Of a DNA stretch of 64,000 nt, positions 1-9,091 are shown in pieces; within the stretch, counting starts at the first letter, position 1; every line of letters starts with the position of its first letter. Under the pieces are notes generated by a model. That model made no database searches. It saw only the letters and a list, made by a program, of their open reading frames with translations, and was not told where the DNA came from. Where the stretch lies: IMG/VR virus record IMGVR_UViG_3300018432_000001, positions 32,001 to 96,000 of that record; one strand, 5' to 3'. The position numbers were made by a program, and so were the translations under genes. Source of the stretch: a virus.

Positions 1-481
1 CCGCGTACATGGCCGCCTCGTACCGCTGCGCGGCGATCTGCTCGGCCTCGCTGTCCCGGCGCGGGATGTCGGCCTCGTCCAGGACGACCTCGAACTGGAC
101 CCCCCGCACCGGGAGGACCCCGATCGTGAACCCCATGGTGCCGGTGACCGGGGCGGCGTGCGAGCGGATGTCGACGGAGTACCAGTTCTCCTCGGGGCGC
201 GCCTTCGGCGCTCTGGAGACCCGGTCGGATGTCACGCTCGTGCGGCGGCGCGGCCTGGTGCCCTCCTCGTCCTTGATCTTGACGCCGGTTGCGGTGCGCA
301 CGACGATCCAGCCCTCGTGCTCGCGCTTCTCGCCCACGGGGGCGGCGGCCATGTCGATGTCGGTGCCGTTGAGGGTGACCCTCGTGCTGGTGGTGGTCGA
401 CCATTCAGGGCCGACCGTCAGGGGCCCGTTGGCGACCAGGCCTCGGGAGTTGCCGCCGATCGTGTCGTAGATGCGGGTCAT
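1..481 (-). CDS. hypothetical phage protein (runs off window edge)
   Basis: ATG at 481 with GGAGGA RBS; open frame MTRIYDTIGG... continues to position 1. Confidence 0.7.
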   Translation of the reverse strand, partial: MTRIYDTIGGNSRGLVANGPLTVGPEWSTTTSTRVTLNGTDIDMAAAPVGEKREHEGWIVVRTATGVKIKDEEGTRPRRRTSVTSDRVSRAPKARPEENWYSVDIRSHAAPVTGTMGFTIGVLPVRGVQFEVVLDEADIPRRDSEAEQIAAQRYEAAMYA

Positions 482-483
482 TG

Positions 484-1062
484 CTAGTCCTCCATTTTGC
501 TGTCGATCTGAGGGGCGAACACTTCGCGGAGCACGAGGTACCCGGCGTAGCCGAGGAGCACTTCCGCGAGGTCCAGGAGAACGCGGCGCGGTCCTCCTGC
601 GAGCGTGGGGTCCGTGTCTCCGAGGTACGTTTTCGCGTCCTCGGTCCCCTCGTTCACGCCGATGTCGGCGACGCACACCAGCACGCGGCCGGTGTTGTCC
701 ATCATCGCGATGAACCGGTCGGTCTCGTCTTGCAGATGCTCGCGGGCCTCGTCGTAGGACATCGCCTCGAACCAGTCGGTGCCGATGTCGTTCGCGGCGA
801 TTCGGTCGCACAGGTCTCGCAGGAACTGCCAGCCGGGTGAGAGGTGACCGGCGGCGAACCCGAGCGGTCCGGCGTCAGGGTAGGTGCTCCCGGAGATGAC
901 TGAACTCGCCAGTTCGAAGCAGGCGTCGTTCTCCCAGTCGGCCTCGTTGTCGGGGTCGAGGTCGGTTTCGTACCCGACGACGGGCACGCGCCCGACAGGG
1001 TCCAGCTTGTACTTCTTGCAGGCGGTGCGGATCTGTTCGTCGGTGACCATGATGGCTTCCAC
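484..1062 (-). CDS. acidic hypothetical protein (weakly Ocr-like)
   Basis: GTG start after GGAGG; D/E-rich; SPGWQFLRDLCDRI segment. Confidence 0.65.
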   Translation of the reverse strand: MEAIMVTDEQIRTACKKYKLDPVGRVPVVGYETDLDPDNEADWENDACFELASSVISGSTYPDAGPLGFAAGHLSPGWQFLRDLCDRIAANDIGTDWFEAMSYDEAREHLQDETDRFIAMMDNTGRVLVCVADIGVNEGTEDAKTYLGDTDPTLAGGPRRVLLDLAEVLLGYAGYLVLREVFAPQIDSKMED

Positions 1063-1073
1063 TATTGGACCTC

Positions 1074-1223
1074 CTATCCCTTGAGCGCGTTGATGATCTC
1101 GATGGCGCTGATGGTCAGCACGACGACGAGAATGCCGACGGCGAACATGATCCGCCACACCAGCCCGTACTGCCGATCGGCCTTCGCCTCGGCGCGTTCT
1201 TCCCAGCTCTCGCTGTCCTTCAT
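1074..1223 (-). CDS. small single-TM membrane protein
   Basis: MKDSESWEE...IMFAVGILVVVLTISAIEII; AAGGAG RBS; 49 aa, below ORF-track cutoff. Confidence 0.7.
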   Translation of the reverse strand: MKDSESWEERAEAKADRQYGLVWRIMFAVGILVVVLTISAIEIINALKG

Positions 1224-1232
1224 GTCGTCTCC

Positions 1233-1565
1233 TTATCCGTATACGGGCGCCCGGTCCTTGTCGACCGTCACCTTGATGGCGACGCCGTCCCATTTGCAGA
1301 TGAACGAGTGCCAGCCTTTGTTGCCCTCGACGTGGGCGCGCATCGGTGACGTGGCCACGCGGCGCAGCGCCCGGAACGCGGTCTCGGCCGCGAAGCGGCG
1401 CTGCTCAGTGATGAATTCGGTGATGTCGGCGTGCGGGTTGACGCGCGCTTGGAGCGCGTCCGCATCGATGTCGACCACGACCGACACCGATCGCAGCGCC
1501 ACCCCGTCCACGGTCATGACGTCGCCGTCGCGTTTGACGGTGCGGAAGGTGACTTCGTATGCCAT
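1233..1565 (-). CDS. hypothetical protein
   Basis: MAYEVTFR start; tight operon packing. Confidence 0.7.
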   Translation of the reverse strand: MAYEVTFRTVKRDGDVMTVDGVALRSVSVVVDIDADALQARVNPHADITEFITEQRRFAAETAFRALRRVATSPMRAHVEGNKGWHSFICKWDGVAIKVTVDKDRAPVYG

Positions 1566-1581
1566 CCGGTTCTCTCTCTCG

Positions 1582-1953
1582 CTAGTAGACGACCTGGCCC
1601 AGCAGGGCCACCTGCATGACGGTGTCGGCCTCGGAAGGAGTGACGTTGATCTGCTCGATCGGGCGCTCGCAAATGATCTCTTGGCACTTCTGCGCCACTT
1701 CCAAGCGCACCCGAAGCTGGTTCGAACCGCAGGCGAGGATGGCCACCCACAAACGGGCGGCGTCCAGGCGCCTGCGCGCGAACCCGGATTCCTTGTCGCC
1801 GATGTCAACGACCACGTACCAGTCGTCGGGGACCGGGTCGTCGTCCTCGTCGTCGACCAGCTCCCACTGCGGGTAGAAGCCGAGCACGTCGCGGCGGATG
1901 AACAGGCGGTACAAGTCCTGCGCGGTCGCGCTGCCGTATCTCTGCTGGGGCAT
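1582..1953 (-). CDS. hypothetical protein, paralog family P1
   Basis: AAAGGAG RBS; DAARLWVAILAC...ADTVMQVALLGQVVY motif. Confidence 0.75.
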   Translation of the reverse strand: MPQQRYGSATAQDLYRLFIRRDVLGFYPQWELVDDEDDDPVPDDWYVVVDIGDKESGFARRRLDAARLWVAILACGSNQLRVRLEVAQKCQEIICERPIEQINVTPSEADTVMQVALLGQVVY

Positions 1954-1967
1954 GATGTCTCCTTTGG

Positions 1968-2387
1968 TTACAGTCCGAATCGGACTCTGCTGTACACGAT
2001 GACCTGCAAGATCTGGTCGGCCGTCGCCGAGTCGATGCTCCCGGCGGACTTCCACACGTCCGGGTTGTTCAGCTGGGTCAACTGTCGGGCCGCCTTGCAC
2101 GTCTGGGCGTGGACCCCGGGGACGAGGCCACTAGCGCACCCCAGCAGCGCGGCCCACACCCGGTAGGCGTTGATGACCTGCGTGCCCATCTCAGCTCCCG
2201 TTTCCGGGTGGAACAGCCACAGCCGCATCTGCCACGTCGGGTCGACCGCCGACTGGGTGACGCCGCGCTCGCCACCCCACGTGAGCCACGTGCACCAGTC
2301 GGCGTCGAAGACACCCGATCCGGCGATCGGGTCGTACAAGGCCTGCGGGGGAATCGCCCCCGCAGGCCAGTCGTGGATTGCAATCAT
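1968..2387 (-). CDS. hypothetical protein, paralog family P1
   Basis: GAAAGGA RBS; NAYRVWAALLGC...ADQILQVIVYSRVRFG. Confidence 0.75.
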   Translation of the reverse strand: MIAIHDWPAGAIPPQALYDPIAGSGVFDADWCTWLTWGGERGVTQSAVDPTWQMRLWLFHPETGAEMGTQVINAYRVWAALLGCASGLVPGVHAQTCKAARQLTQLNNPDVWKSAGSIDSATADQILQVIVYSRVRFGL

Positions 2388-2761
2388 GCGGGTCCTTTCG
2401 GGAGGTTCCAGGTGATGCAGGGAGGTTCGACTTCGATCACGGCACTGCGCTGGTCGGCGAACCGCAGCGGCCATGAGCGGTACCGGCCCTGGCCTTGGTG
2501 CCAGAAGCCGTGGCAGATCGCCGGAGGTGCGTCGTAGGTGCTGGCTGGGATGGTCTGGTGGCAGGGGATGAAGGTGTTGGCGGCGATGGCGTCGGTCTCC
2601 ATCTGCTCACGCCGTCCCTCGTCGAGGAACATGCGGTTCTCCTTGAAGTAGATGCAGGTTCCGCACTTGCGCTTGTTGACCCGCATCCGGCCGTGCTCGT
2701 CGAGCAGGTCCAGCAGGTACACCTCGTTGGCTTCGCCGCCCTCGGGATCGTCGGTCACCAC
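2384..2761 (-). CDS. Cys/His (probable Zn-binding) phage protein
   Basis: CGTC...PCH...ICHGFW; GAGGAG RBS. Confidence 0.7.
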   Translation of the reverse strand: MVTDDPEGGEANEVYLLDLLDEHGRMRVNKRKCGTCIYFKENRMFLDEGRREQMETDAIAANTFIPCHQTIPASTYDAPPAICHGFWHQGQGRYRSWPLRFADQRSAVIEVEPPCITWNLPKGPA

Positions 2762-2770
2762 GGGTTCTCC

Positions 2771-3301
2771 TCAGTTCAGGTGGAGGGCCAGGTACTCGTC
2801 GCTGTAGCCCATGGAGATGAGCAGGTCGGTAAGCCGTTCGCCGGGCCGGTCGTCGGGGTTCTCGTGGGTGCCCCACTCGTCCGGGGGAATCGCGAAGTAC
2901 TCGCCTTGGAAGGTCTCCAGGTGTTCGGGTGGCATGCGGTAGGCCATCTCACCGAGCCAGTGGAGCATGTGTTTATCGAACAATTTCAGGTCTTCGGACC
3001 TGAGCCCTTGCATCCACTCGATTGCGGCGATGGTGGCTGCCTCAGCGCCGTCGTATCCGATGCGATCGGCCACCTGTGTGGGCACGACCAGGTCCAGGTC
3101 GACGTTGAACAGGTAGTGCACAGTGAACGGCGCGTGGGGCTCGCCCGGCACCCGGTGGTCTTCACGGATGAACAGCGCCCGGCCAGCGGGCAGCCGCCAC
3201 ACCTCGGTAATGCCGCTGCGGGCGATGCCGTGGCGGGGACTGCCGAAGAACGACGGTCGCCGGGCTTTGATGCGAGAGGCCAGCTCGGTCTCGTTGATCA
3301 C
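2771..3301 (-). CDS. hypothetical protein
   Basis: GTG start after AAGGAG. Confidence 0.7.
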   Translation of the reverse strand: MINETELASRIKARRPSFFGSPRHGIARSGITEVWRLPAGRALFIREDHRVPGEPHAPFTVHYLFNVDLDLVVPTQVADRIGYDGAEAATIAAIEWMQGLRSEDLKLFDKHMLHWLGEMAYRMPPEHLETFQGEYFAIPPDEWGTHENPDDRPGERLTDLLISMGYSDEYLALHLN

Positions 3302-3373
3302 GGGAATGTCTCCTTGTCGTAGCGGATTCGGCGAGCGCACCCCGAGCCGGGGCGGGGTGCGTCACCGGGACCG

Positions 3374-3904
3374 CTACGCCTGCGGTCCGGGAATGTCGCG
3401 GGCTTCAAACCACGCGGTCAGGGTCTCGGTGCCCCAGTTGATGGCGACCATCCTGGCGGCGCCACTCAGGTAGGCCTCGGCCACGTAGTCGAGCCTGAGC
3501 ATCTGCGCGCATCGCTGCTTGTACTCCTTCAGGGCCTGCGCATCCGTCTTTCCCCACGGCACCGGGTTCTCGAACGCGCTGGTGAGGCGCATGTAGATCT
3601 CGTCGTCGAACGGGTCGGTCATGACCTCAGGCAGGTGCGAGGCCTCGCACAGCGACAGCACCTTCTTCATCGACCGCGCCTGCAACAGGCACTGGCGGAT
3701 CGAGTTGTCGACCAGGGTGTTCATGCGGTCCTGCCAGAACTCCTCGGTGTCCCACTCGTGGTAGTTGTTGATCGACTCCGTGAGGTGTGTGAGCAGCCAG
3801 AGCCACCAGGACCGTTCGCCCGCGTGGTTCTCGCCCTCAGGCCAGAACCCGTGCGAGGTGATGTGCGCTTCGGCCGCGACGTAATCGAATGCGGGTGAGG
3901 TCAT
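3374..3904 (-). CDS. hypothetical protein
   Basis: ORF track; GGAG RBS; operon packing. Confidence 0.7.
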   Translation of the reverse strand: MTSPAFDYVAAEAHITSHGFWPEGENHAGERSWWLWLLTHLTESINNYHEWDTEEFWQDRMNTLVDNSIRQCLLQARSMKKVLSLCEASHLPEVMTDPFDDEIYMRLTSAFENPVPWGKTDAQALKEYKQRCAQMLRLDYVAEAYLSGAARMVAINWGTETLTAWFEARDIPGPQA

Positions 3905-3907
3905 GCG

Positions 3908-4312
3908 TTACTCCGTTTCCTGGTCGTCGGTGCGGGGGTGGGTACCGACCCACTCGACGCCGGAGATGAGTCCGGTGCTGGGCGCGAGCATGAACGAGGG
4001 TGCGTAGCCCTCGGCGATGAAGTTCAGGTACGTCTCCTTCGACAGGCCCGAACCGTGCCACGTGTAGGCCGGGGAGGCCATCCACTCGGCGAGTTCGTCG
4101 GGGGTGGCGAACACCGGGCTGATCGGTGAGCCTTCCGAGACGGTCTCCCAAAGCTGGTAGCCGTCGCCGGGGGTGGGCTCGACCTTGCCGTGCTCGTACC
4201 ACCAGTCGTGGTCCTCGTCGGTGACCAACCCTGGGGGTGGCAGGTAGCCGGGCCACGCCGTGTCGAGGGGGTGGGAGAATTCGAGGTCGACGCGCTTGAT
4301 CTCACGTCCCAT
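3908..4312 (-). CDS. conserved phage hypothetical protein
   Basis: MGREIKRV start; YQLWETVSEGSPISPVFATPDELAEW motif recurrent in phage early genes. Confidence 0.75.
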   Translation of the reverse strand: MGREIKRVDLEFSHPLDTAWPGYLPPPGLVTDEDHDWWYEHGKVEPTPGDGYQLWETVSEGSPISPVFATPDELAEWMASPAYTWHGSGLSKETYLNFIAEGYAPSFMLAPSTGLISGVEWVGTHPRTDDQETE

Positions 4313-4568
4313 TGGTTGTCTCCTTGCTGCGGTCGGGGGGCAGGCTGTAAGTGAACTCGGCATCGTCGACCATGACCCGGCCGCCGATCGAGTTGCCGTT
4401 CTCGTCCTTTTGGAGGAAGCTGACGTGCCGGTGCATTGCGTAGCCGTCGGTGCGCATCTCCTGGATCGTCAGCTCGCCACGCAGGGGGAGCTTGTCGGCC
4501 AGGTACGGGTTCGAGGTCGCGGTCAAGGTGACCATGAGCGGCCGGTTCCATCCCGTGTAGTGGCTCAC
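4302..4568 (-). CDS. hypothetical protein
   Basis: GTGA overlap with upstream gene. Confidence 0.6.
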   Translation of the reverse strand: MSHYTGWNRPLMVTLTATSNPYLADKLPLRGELTIQEMRTDGYAMHRHVSFLQKDENGNSIGGRVMVDDAEFTYSLPPDRSKETTNGT

Positions 4569-5194
4569 TCGTGCATCGCCTTCTCGGCCGCGTCCTTCAG
4601 GTAGTAGCGGCCGAGGTCGTCGGTGTCGACGTGGTCGAAGAAGTGACGCACCAGGCGCGCGACGGGAGCCATCGCCGTGTCCATGCTCCCGATCCACGGG
4701 ACCGGCTTGATGAACAGCTCGGCGATCTCCTTGCCCAGCTCGACCGCGCGCTCGCGCTCGACCAGCCACGTCGCCTTGTACGCGCGGCGCGCCAGCTCCA
4801 TGACCTGTTCGCGCAGATGCCCCGAATTGTCGATCAGGTCGCACAGATCCTGGAGGTAGACGCCGCCGATCGTGGCCGGGGTGCGGTACCAGACGGTGAT
4901 CCAGTCGGGATCGATCTTGTTGGCCGAAATGCGGTAGTGCCGCTCGCCGGTGTCGAACTCGTCGTCGATCTCGACGACGTGGACCGGCGCGATCACGCGG
5001 ACGCAGCCCTCTCCATACCCGGCGGCGTATGCGCCCTGGTCGCGGTTGGAGAAGTAGACCGGGCCGGTGCGCTTGTCGCCCTCCTTCGACTGGAAGCGGC
5101 GGACACGGCCGATCAGTTCGGCCGTGGCGGCGTCGGTGCGGTGGAACAGTTCGATCCACCCCTCGGGGATATTCTGCTCATCTTCGTGGCTCAT
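4565..5194 (-). CDS. putative ADP-ribosyltransferase-fold domain plus helical P2 domain
   Basis: LFHRT...VYFS...AGYG...DDEF..GERHY pattern resembles H-Y-E-type ART folds. Confidence 0.5.
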   Translation of the reverse strand: MSHEDEQNIPEGWIELFHRTDAATAELIGRVRRFQSKEGDKRTGPVYFSNRDQGAYAAGYGEGCVRVIAPVHVVEIDDEFDTGERHYRISANKIDPDWITVWYRTPATIGGVYLQDLCDLIDNSGHLREQVMELARRAYKATWLVERERAVELGKEIAELFIKPVPWIGSMDTAMAPVARLVRHFFDHVDTDDLGRYYLKDAAEKAMHE

Positions 5195-5207
5195 GGAGCC
5201 CTCCTTG

Positions 5208-5489
5208 TCACGGTCGGTAGTTCTCGGTCAGGGCGCGGGCCTCGTCGGGGTGCGTCCGGCACCACGCCAGGACGACCGCGACGTTCGCGGTCGCCTTGAG
5301 CAGCGACAGGCACACGGTCTTTGCGCCGGGGACGCCGTCGATCCAGGACTGGAACTCCCACCGCCCGGACGTCTTGGTGGGGTGCTCGGAGTAGAGGAAC
5401 ACGTCCTCCACCCCCACTCCGGCGAGCTGCGCGATCTCGGCCAGCGACGTGGCGTTGGCCTCCTGGAACGACGGTGCGGTACTTGGCAT
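5208..5489 (-). CDS. hypothetical protein
   Basis: ORF track, AAGGA RBS. Confidence 0.65.
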   Translation of the reverse strand: MPSTAPSFQEANATSLAEIAQLAGVGVEDVFLYSEHPTKTSGRWEFQSWIDGVPGAKTVCLSLLKATANVAVVLAWCRTHPDEARALTENYRP

Positions 5490-5498
5490 GAGCGGTCC

Positions 5499-5843
5499 TT
5501 ACTCTTCGAGTTTTCGCAGGTAGTAGTAGCCGAGGTCGCCTCGGTTGACGTGGTGCAGCAGCTGGTCCAGCAGGCGCCCGAGCGCGTCGTCGGACTGGCC
5601 GGGCGAGAGCATCCCCGTGAAGGTGTGCACCACCTTTTCGCCGACGTCCCGGGCCCGGTCGATCTCGCTGGAGTAGGTCGCCCAGCGCGCTTTCCGGGCG
5701 GCGTCCAACGCGAACCCCAGCAGGCGCTTGTCGTTGTTGACCACAATGGTCACGTCCTGCATGCACGCGGCGTCGATCGCGTCGCTCACCTGCGCCTCGG
5801 TGTAGAACCCCACTGGTGGTGCTCCTCCGTCATGGATCGTCAC
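5499..5843 (-). CDS. hypothetical protein (standalone P2 domain)
   Basis: GTG start after AAGGAG; C-terminal HHVNRGDLGYYYL matches DHVDTDDLGRYYL of 4565-5194. Confidence 0.7.
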   Translation of the reverse strand: MTIHDGGAPPVGFYTEAQVSDAIDAACMQDVTIVVNNDKRLLGFALDAARKARWATYSSEIDRARDVGEKVVHTFTGMLSPGQSDDALGRLLDQLLHHVNRGDLGYYYLRKLEE

Positions 5844-6283
5844 TTGCCGTACTCCTTCTTCCAGGCGTCGGCCAGCATGACGCCGATCGCGTGGGCCAGG
5901 TGCGCCCCGGCTTCGTCCAGGTGCGCGTACATCACCCGGTGCAGGTCGGTGGGGTCCTCGACGTCGACCTCGTAGTGGGGTTCCCACAGGGAGATCTCGG
6001 TGGCGATGCGGAACCCGTCGCCGGTGAACGGCAACCAGTTCTCGGCCACACCGAGGACGCTTCGCGCCCACTCCCATCCGTCGTTCTCGGCCCAGCCGTC
6101 GGGCTCCCAGGATTCGACGGCTTTCGCGCACACCCGGTCGGCCCACTCCCAGCCCTTGGACACCTCGGCGGCACCGGAGAACCCGGTGTGCTTCCTGACC
6201 TTGAGCCGGGCCTGCTCCGACGCGGCGCGCAGCATCGACGCGCTGACGGGGAAACTGATCCGCAGCGCTTCCAGATCGTCCAT
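5840..6283 (-). CDS. hypothetical protein
   Basis: ORF track; AGGAGGAG RBS. Confidence 0.7.
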   Translation of the reverse strand: MDDLEALRISFPVSASMLRAASEQARLKVRKHTGFSGAAEVSKGWEWADRVCAKAVESWEPDGWAENDGWEWARSVLGVAENWLPFTGDGFRIATEISLWEPHYEVDVEDPTDLHRVMYAHLDEAGAHLAHAIGVMLADAWKKEYGK

Positions 6284-6751
6284 CTACTGCTCCTCCTGGT
6301 ACGGGTTGGACTTCTCGATCAACTGGCCGGGAGCGTACTCGGTGATCCGCTCGCTCTCCTCGCCCTCGTTCAGGTGCACGAGCACCCACTCGCGGCCCTT
6401 CCCGGTGCGGCCGGAGTCGAGCACGACACCGTACTCAGCCCCGTGCCACCACGTGTCGCTCTCACCGTGCGGGATGGCGACCGCGTCGTCCTCGCCCCAC
6501 CAGTCGAACTCAGAGTTGGTGAAGGCGCGCCGCATCTTCGGGCCCACCCAGAACCGGGCCTTACCGATCGCAACCGCATTCTCGCGTGAGGCTTCGACGT
6601 TGTCGCACATGTCGCAGATGGGCACCGGTTCACCGGCCCAACCCGGGGCCGGTTCGACCGCGCCCATCTCCTCGTCGGCCTGGTCGACCGGGGCGGCGCC
6701 GCAGACGGCGCACTGCTGGTTCTGGTGCAGGTGCTTCAGCTTGAGATCCAT
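6284..6751 (-). CDS. Zn-finger (CxxC...CxxC) protein
   Basis: CAVC...CDMC; start MDLKLK. Confidence 0.7.
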   Translation of the reverse strand: MDLKLKHLHQNQQCAVCGAAPVDQADEEMGAVEPAPGWAGEPVPICDMCDNVEASRENAVAIGKARFWVGPKMRRAFTNSEFDWWGEDDAVAIPHGESDTWWHGAEYGVVLDSGRTGKGREWVLVHLNEGEESERITEYAPGQLIEKSNPYQEEQ

Positions 6752-6756
6752 TCGTC

Positions 6757-6972
6757 CTACCTTTCGGGGGTCTGGGTGGTCGAGTACTTGCGCCAAGCGG
6801 CGTCGAAGCACTCCGGGTTGACGAACACCTCGCGGCTGTTGCACACATGCGCCTGCATGTATCCGGTCTCGGACTGCTTCTGGTACTTGGGTTTCAGCGA
6901 GCCGACAGTGATCATCGCGCCGCCGACGGCGGCAAGATCCTTGCCGCAGCCAGCGCACTCGGGATACGCCAT
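6757..6972 (-). CDS. small Cys-rich protein
   Basis: MAYPECAGCG...HVC...EC. Confidence 0.65.
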   Translation of the reverse strand: MAYPECAGCGKDLAAVGGAMITVGSLKPKYQKQSETGYMQAHVCNSREVFVNPECFDAAWRKYSTTQTPER

Positions 6973-7089
6973 GATAATGATTCGCCTTTCTGTCGAAACG
7001 ATATCGGACAGGGCCGACATGGATGCCAGGCCAATGGCACGCGTGCCCCGGCCAGCGGCCGGGGCACGATGCGAGAGGACCGGCGAGTG

Positions 7090-7713
7090 CTACTGGCCCG
7101 GGTCGGCGACGGCGACCCACGACAGCTCGCTCATGTACGAGTCGGGCCAGCGCCTCAACCCTTCTTCCCAGGCGATGCAGGTCCGGGGCCCCCAGTGCCG
7201 GTCGCTGTAGTCACGCTGGGTGGACTTGACCGTGCGCGGGGCGTCGACGAAGCTGCGCCTCTCGAACGCCACGACGACGTCCCCCTCGCAGACGTCATCG
7301 GCCCGCTTCCACCGGCCGATGTCGCCCAGGCGCGGCACCGCGTGCCTCCCGAACAGCACTCTCGCCAGCATCTTCTCGTGCCGGGGTGCGTAGTTGTACT
7401 CCTCGGGCCGGAACGTCATGGCCTCCAGGTCTTCGATGACCAGACGCTCGATCGTGCTTGTCGTCCCGGTCTGGGGCCACTGGGCGGTGCCGGTCTCCAC
7501 CCACAGGCGCGAGAAGACGACCGTCTCGACGCCGTCGTGGTCCTCGGGCTTGTCGTGCGTGAACACGAACGCCTCATCGGGGTGCGCCTCCCAGGTGTAC
7601 TCCTCGGAGATCCATCGCTCCTCGATCGGGACGGCGAGCGCGGGCTCCAGCTGGTGCTGCTGCTCCCAGTACATCAGCGACAGCTCTTTCCGCTTGCCCT
7701 GTTCCTTCGTCAT
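7090..7713 (-). CDS. hypothetical protein
   Basis: AAAGGAG RBS; MTKEQG start. Confidence 0.7.
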   Translation of the reverse strand: MTKEQGKRKELSLMYWEQQHQLEPALAVPIEERWISEEYTWEAHPDEAFVFTHDKPEDHDGVETVVFSRLWVETGTAQWPQTGTTSTIERLVIEDLEAMTFRPEEYNYAPRHEKMLARVLFGRHAVPRLGDIGRWKRADDVCEGDVVVAFERRSFVDAPRTVKSTQRDYSDRHWGPRTCIAWEEGLRRWPDSYMSELSWVAVADPGQ

Positions 7714-7943
7714 GCCGCTCCTTTCAGGGGCGTGTCCTTGTAGGCGACGATGCCGACGATCGGCTCGATGCCGGTCATGCGTCCTTTGTGGGTTGCGATG
7801 CCGGTGTGCCCCCCGCACACGGGCACGGAGACGGCGCCCGCGCGCTCACCGGGCGAGGGATTGTTGATCTCGTAGTGCTCGATCTGCACGGGCACGCGCC
7901 CGCACGAGGCCACGACACAGCGCTGTGGCTTGGGCTTCGTCAT
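7710..7943 (-). CDS. small Cys/His protein
   Basis: RCVVASC...VPVCGGH; ATGA overlap with next gene. Confidence 0.6.
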   Translation of the reverse strand: MTKPKPQRCVVASCGRVPVQIEHYEINNPSPGERAGAVSVPVCGGHTGIATHKGRMTGIEPIVGIVAYKDTPLKGAA

Positions 7944-7962
7944 CTGGTTCTCGTTCCTTGGG

Positions 7963-8214
7963 TTAGACACCCACGACCAGAGCGGTCGGGGTGGTCTTGC
8001 TCGCGCGGGCGGCGAAGCTCGACGCCTTGGCGACGATGAGGCTGCCCTTCTTGGTGCCTCCGGTGATGAGGGCGACGATCAGCAGACCGTTGCGGCTGCG
8101 CCGCGCGCCCATCACTTTCACCTTGGTGCCGCTGCTCTTGTGCAGGGCCAGCTGGCCCGTGCCGAACGCGAACACCTTGCTCCGCTTGCGGTTGAGGTTG
8201 GGGTTGTGGTTCAT
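7963..8214 (-). CDS. small basic protein
   Basis: GGAGGA RBS; MNHNPNLNRKRSK, K/R-rich. Confidence 0.6.
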   Translation of the reverse strand: MNHNPNLNRKRSKVFAFGTGQLALHKSSGTKVKVMGARRSRNGLLIVALITGGTKKGSLIVAKASSFAARASKTTPTALVVGV

Positions 8215-8290
8215 GAGTATCCTCCATCTTGCTGACGTCGGTGATGCCCGCAGGGTGCGGACGTGAGAGCGGCCCCGTTTCAGGCGCACG

Positions 8291-8323
8291 AAGAAGCCCA
8301 CCCGGCATGTCCCGGATGGGCTT
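8291..8323 (-). terminator. intrinsic terminator-like hairpin
   Basis: AAGCCCA-CCGG...CCGG-TGGGCTT stem followed by CTTC on the minus strand. Confidence 0.5.
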
Positions 8324-8370
8324 GTTCCTGCGCCCGGCGCTTACGCGCCGGGCTCGGATCGTCTAGTGGT

Positions 8371-9072
8371 TCAGCCTTGGAAGTACTCCACGTCGCCGCC
8401 GATCGACACGCGCGTCGGGATCGTCCCCGCCTCCGTCTGCACTTCGGGGTACGCCGTGTCGTAGTGGGTGCTGATGCGCAGCTCGCCGTCGGCGAAGTAC
8501 ACGTAGACCTGGACGCCGCCGATCTCCACGCATGGCAGCGTGTCATCCCATCCGCCCGGACTGAACCAGGCCGAGCAGTTCAGGTCGGTCGCATCCTTGT
8601 CGCTGAGTTTGCCCTTGACCAGCGGCACCAGGTCGGCCTGCCCGCGCCCGTAGTTGTCGGTCAGGGTCAGCGTGCGCCGCTCTTCGCGACCGTCGGGGTA
8701 CACCAGGACAAGCACGTCACCGGTGTCCAGGAGTGGGTGGTCTTTCGCGTACACCTGGCCGGACGCGGCTGTGCCGGTCGAGTTGCCGTGCGCGCTGATC
8801 ACCGTGGCCTCGGGCGAGAGCAGGACCGAGAACTCCTCGTCGGTGCCCTTGTTCTGCGGGTCGAGGTACTTGCCGTCGCCGCCGATCGGCCCCATCGCGC
8901 CCCGCCTGGTCTCGCCGGGGTGCGGGTTCGGGCGGTTCCGGTTGCTCCACACCTGGATACGGGTCGGTCCCCCGTCGCCCTTGGTGCGGTAGACGTACGC
9001 CGAGGTGTACTCGATGCCGTAATGCTTGCGCCGGTACTCGTCACCCTCGGCCAACTCGATACGATGTTCCAT
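8371..9072 (-). CDS. hypothetical protein
   Basis: ORF track; GGAG RBS. Confidence 0.7.
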   Translation of the reverse strand: MEHRIELAEGDEYRRKHYGIEYTSAYVYRTKGDGGPTRIQVWSNRNRPNPHPGETRRGAMGPIGGDGKYLDPQNKGTDEEFSVLLSPEATVISAHGNSTGTAASGQVYAKDHPLLDTGDVLVLVYPDGREERRTLTLTDNYGRGQADLVPLVKGKLSDKDATDLNCSAWFSPGGWDDTLPCVEIGGVQVYVYFADGELRISTHYDTAYPEVQTEAGTIPTRVSIGGDVEYFQG

Positions 9073-9091
9073 AGGTTGCTCCGTCTCGTTG

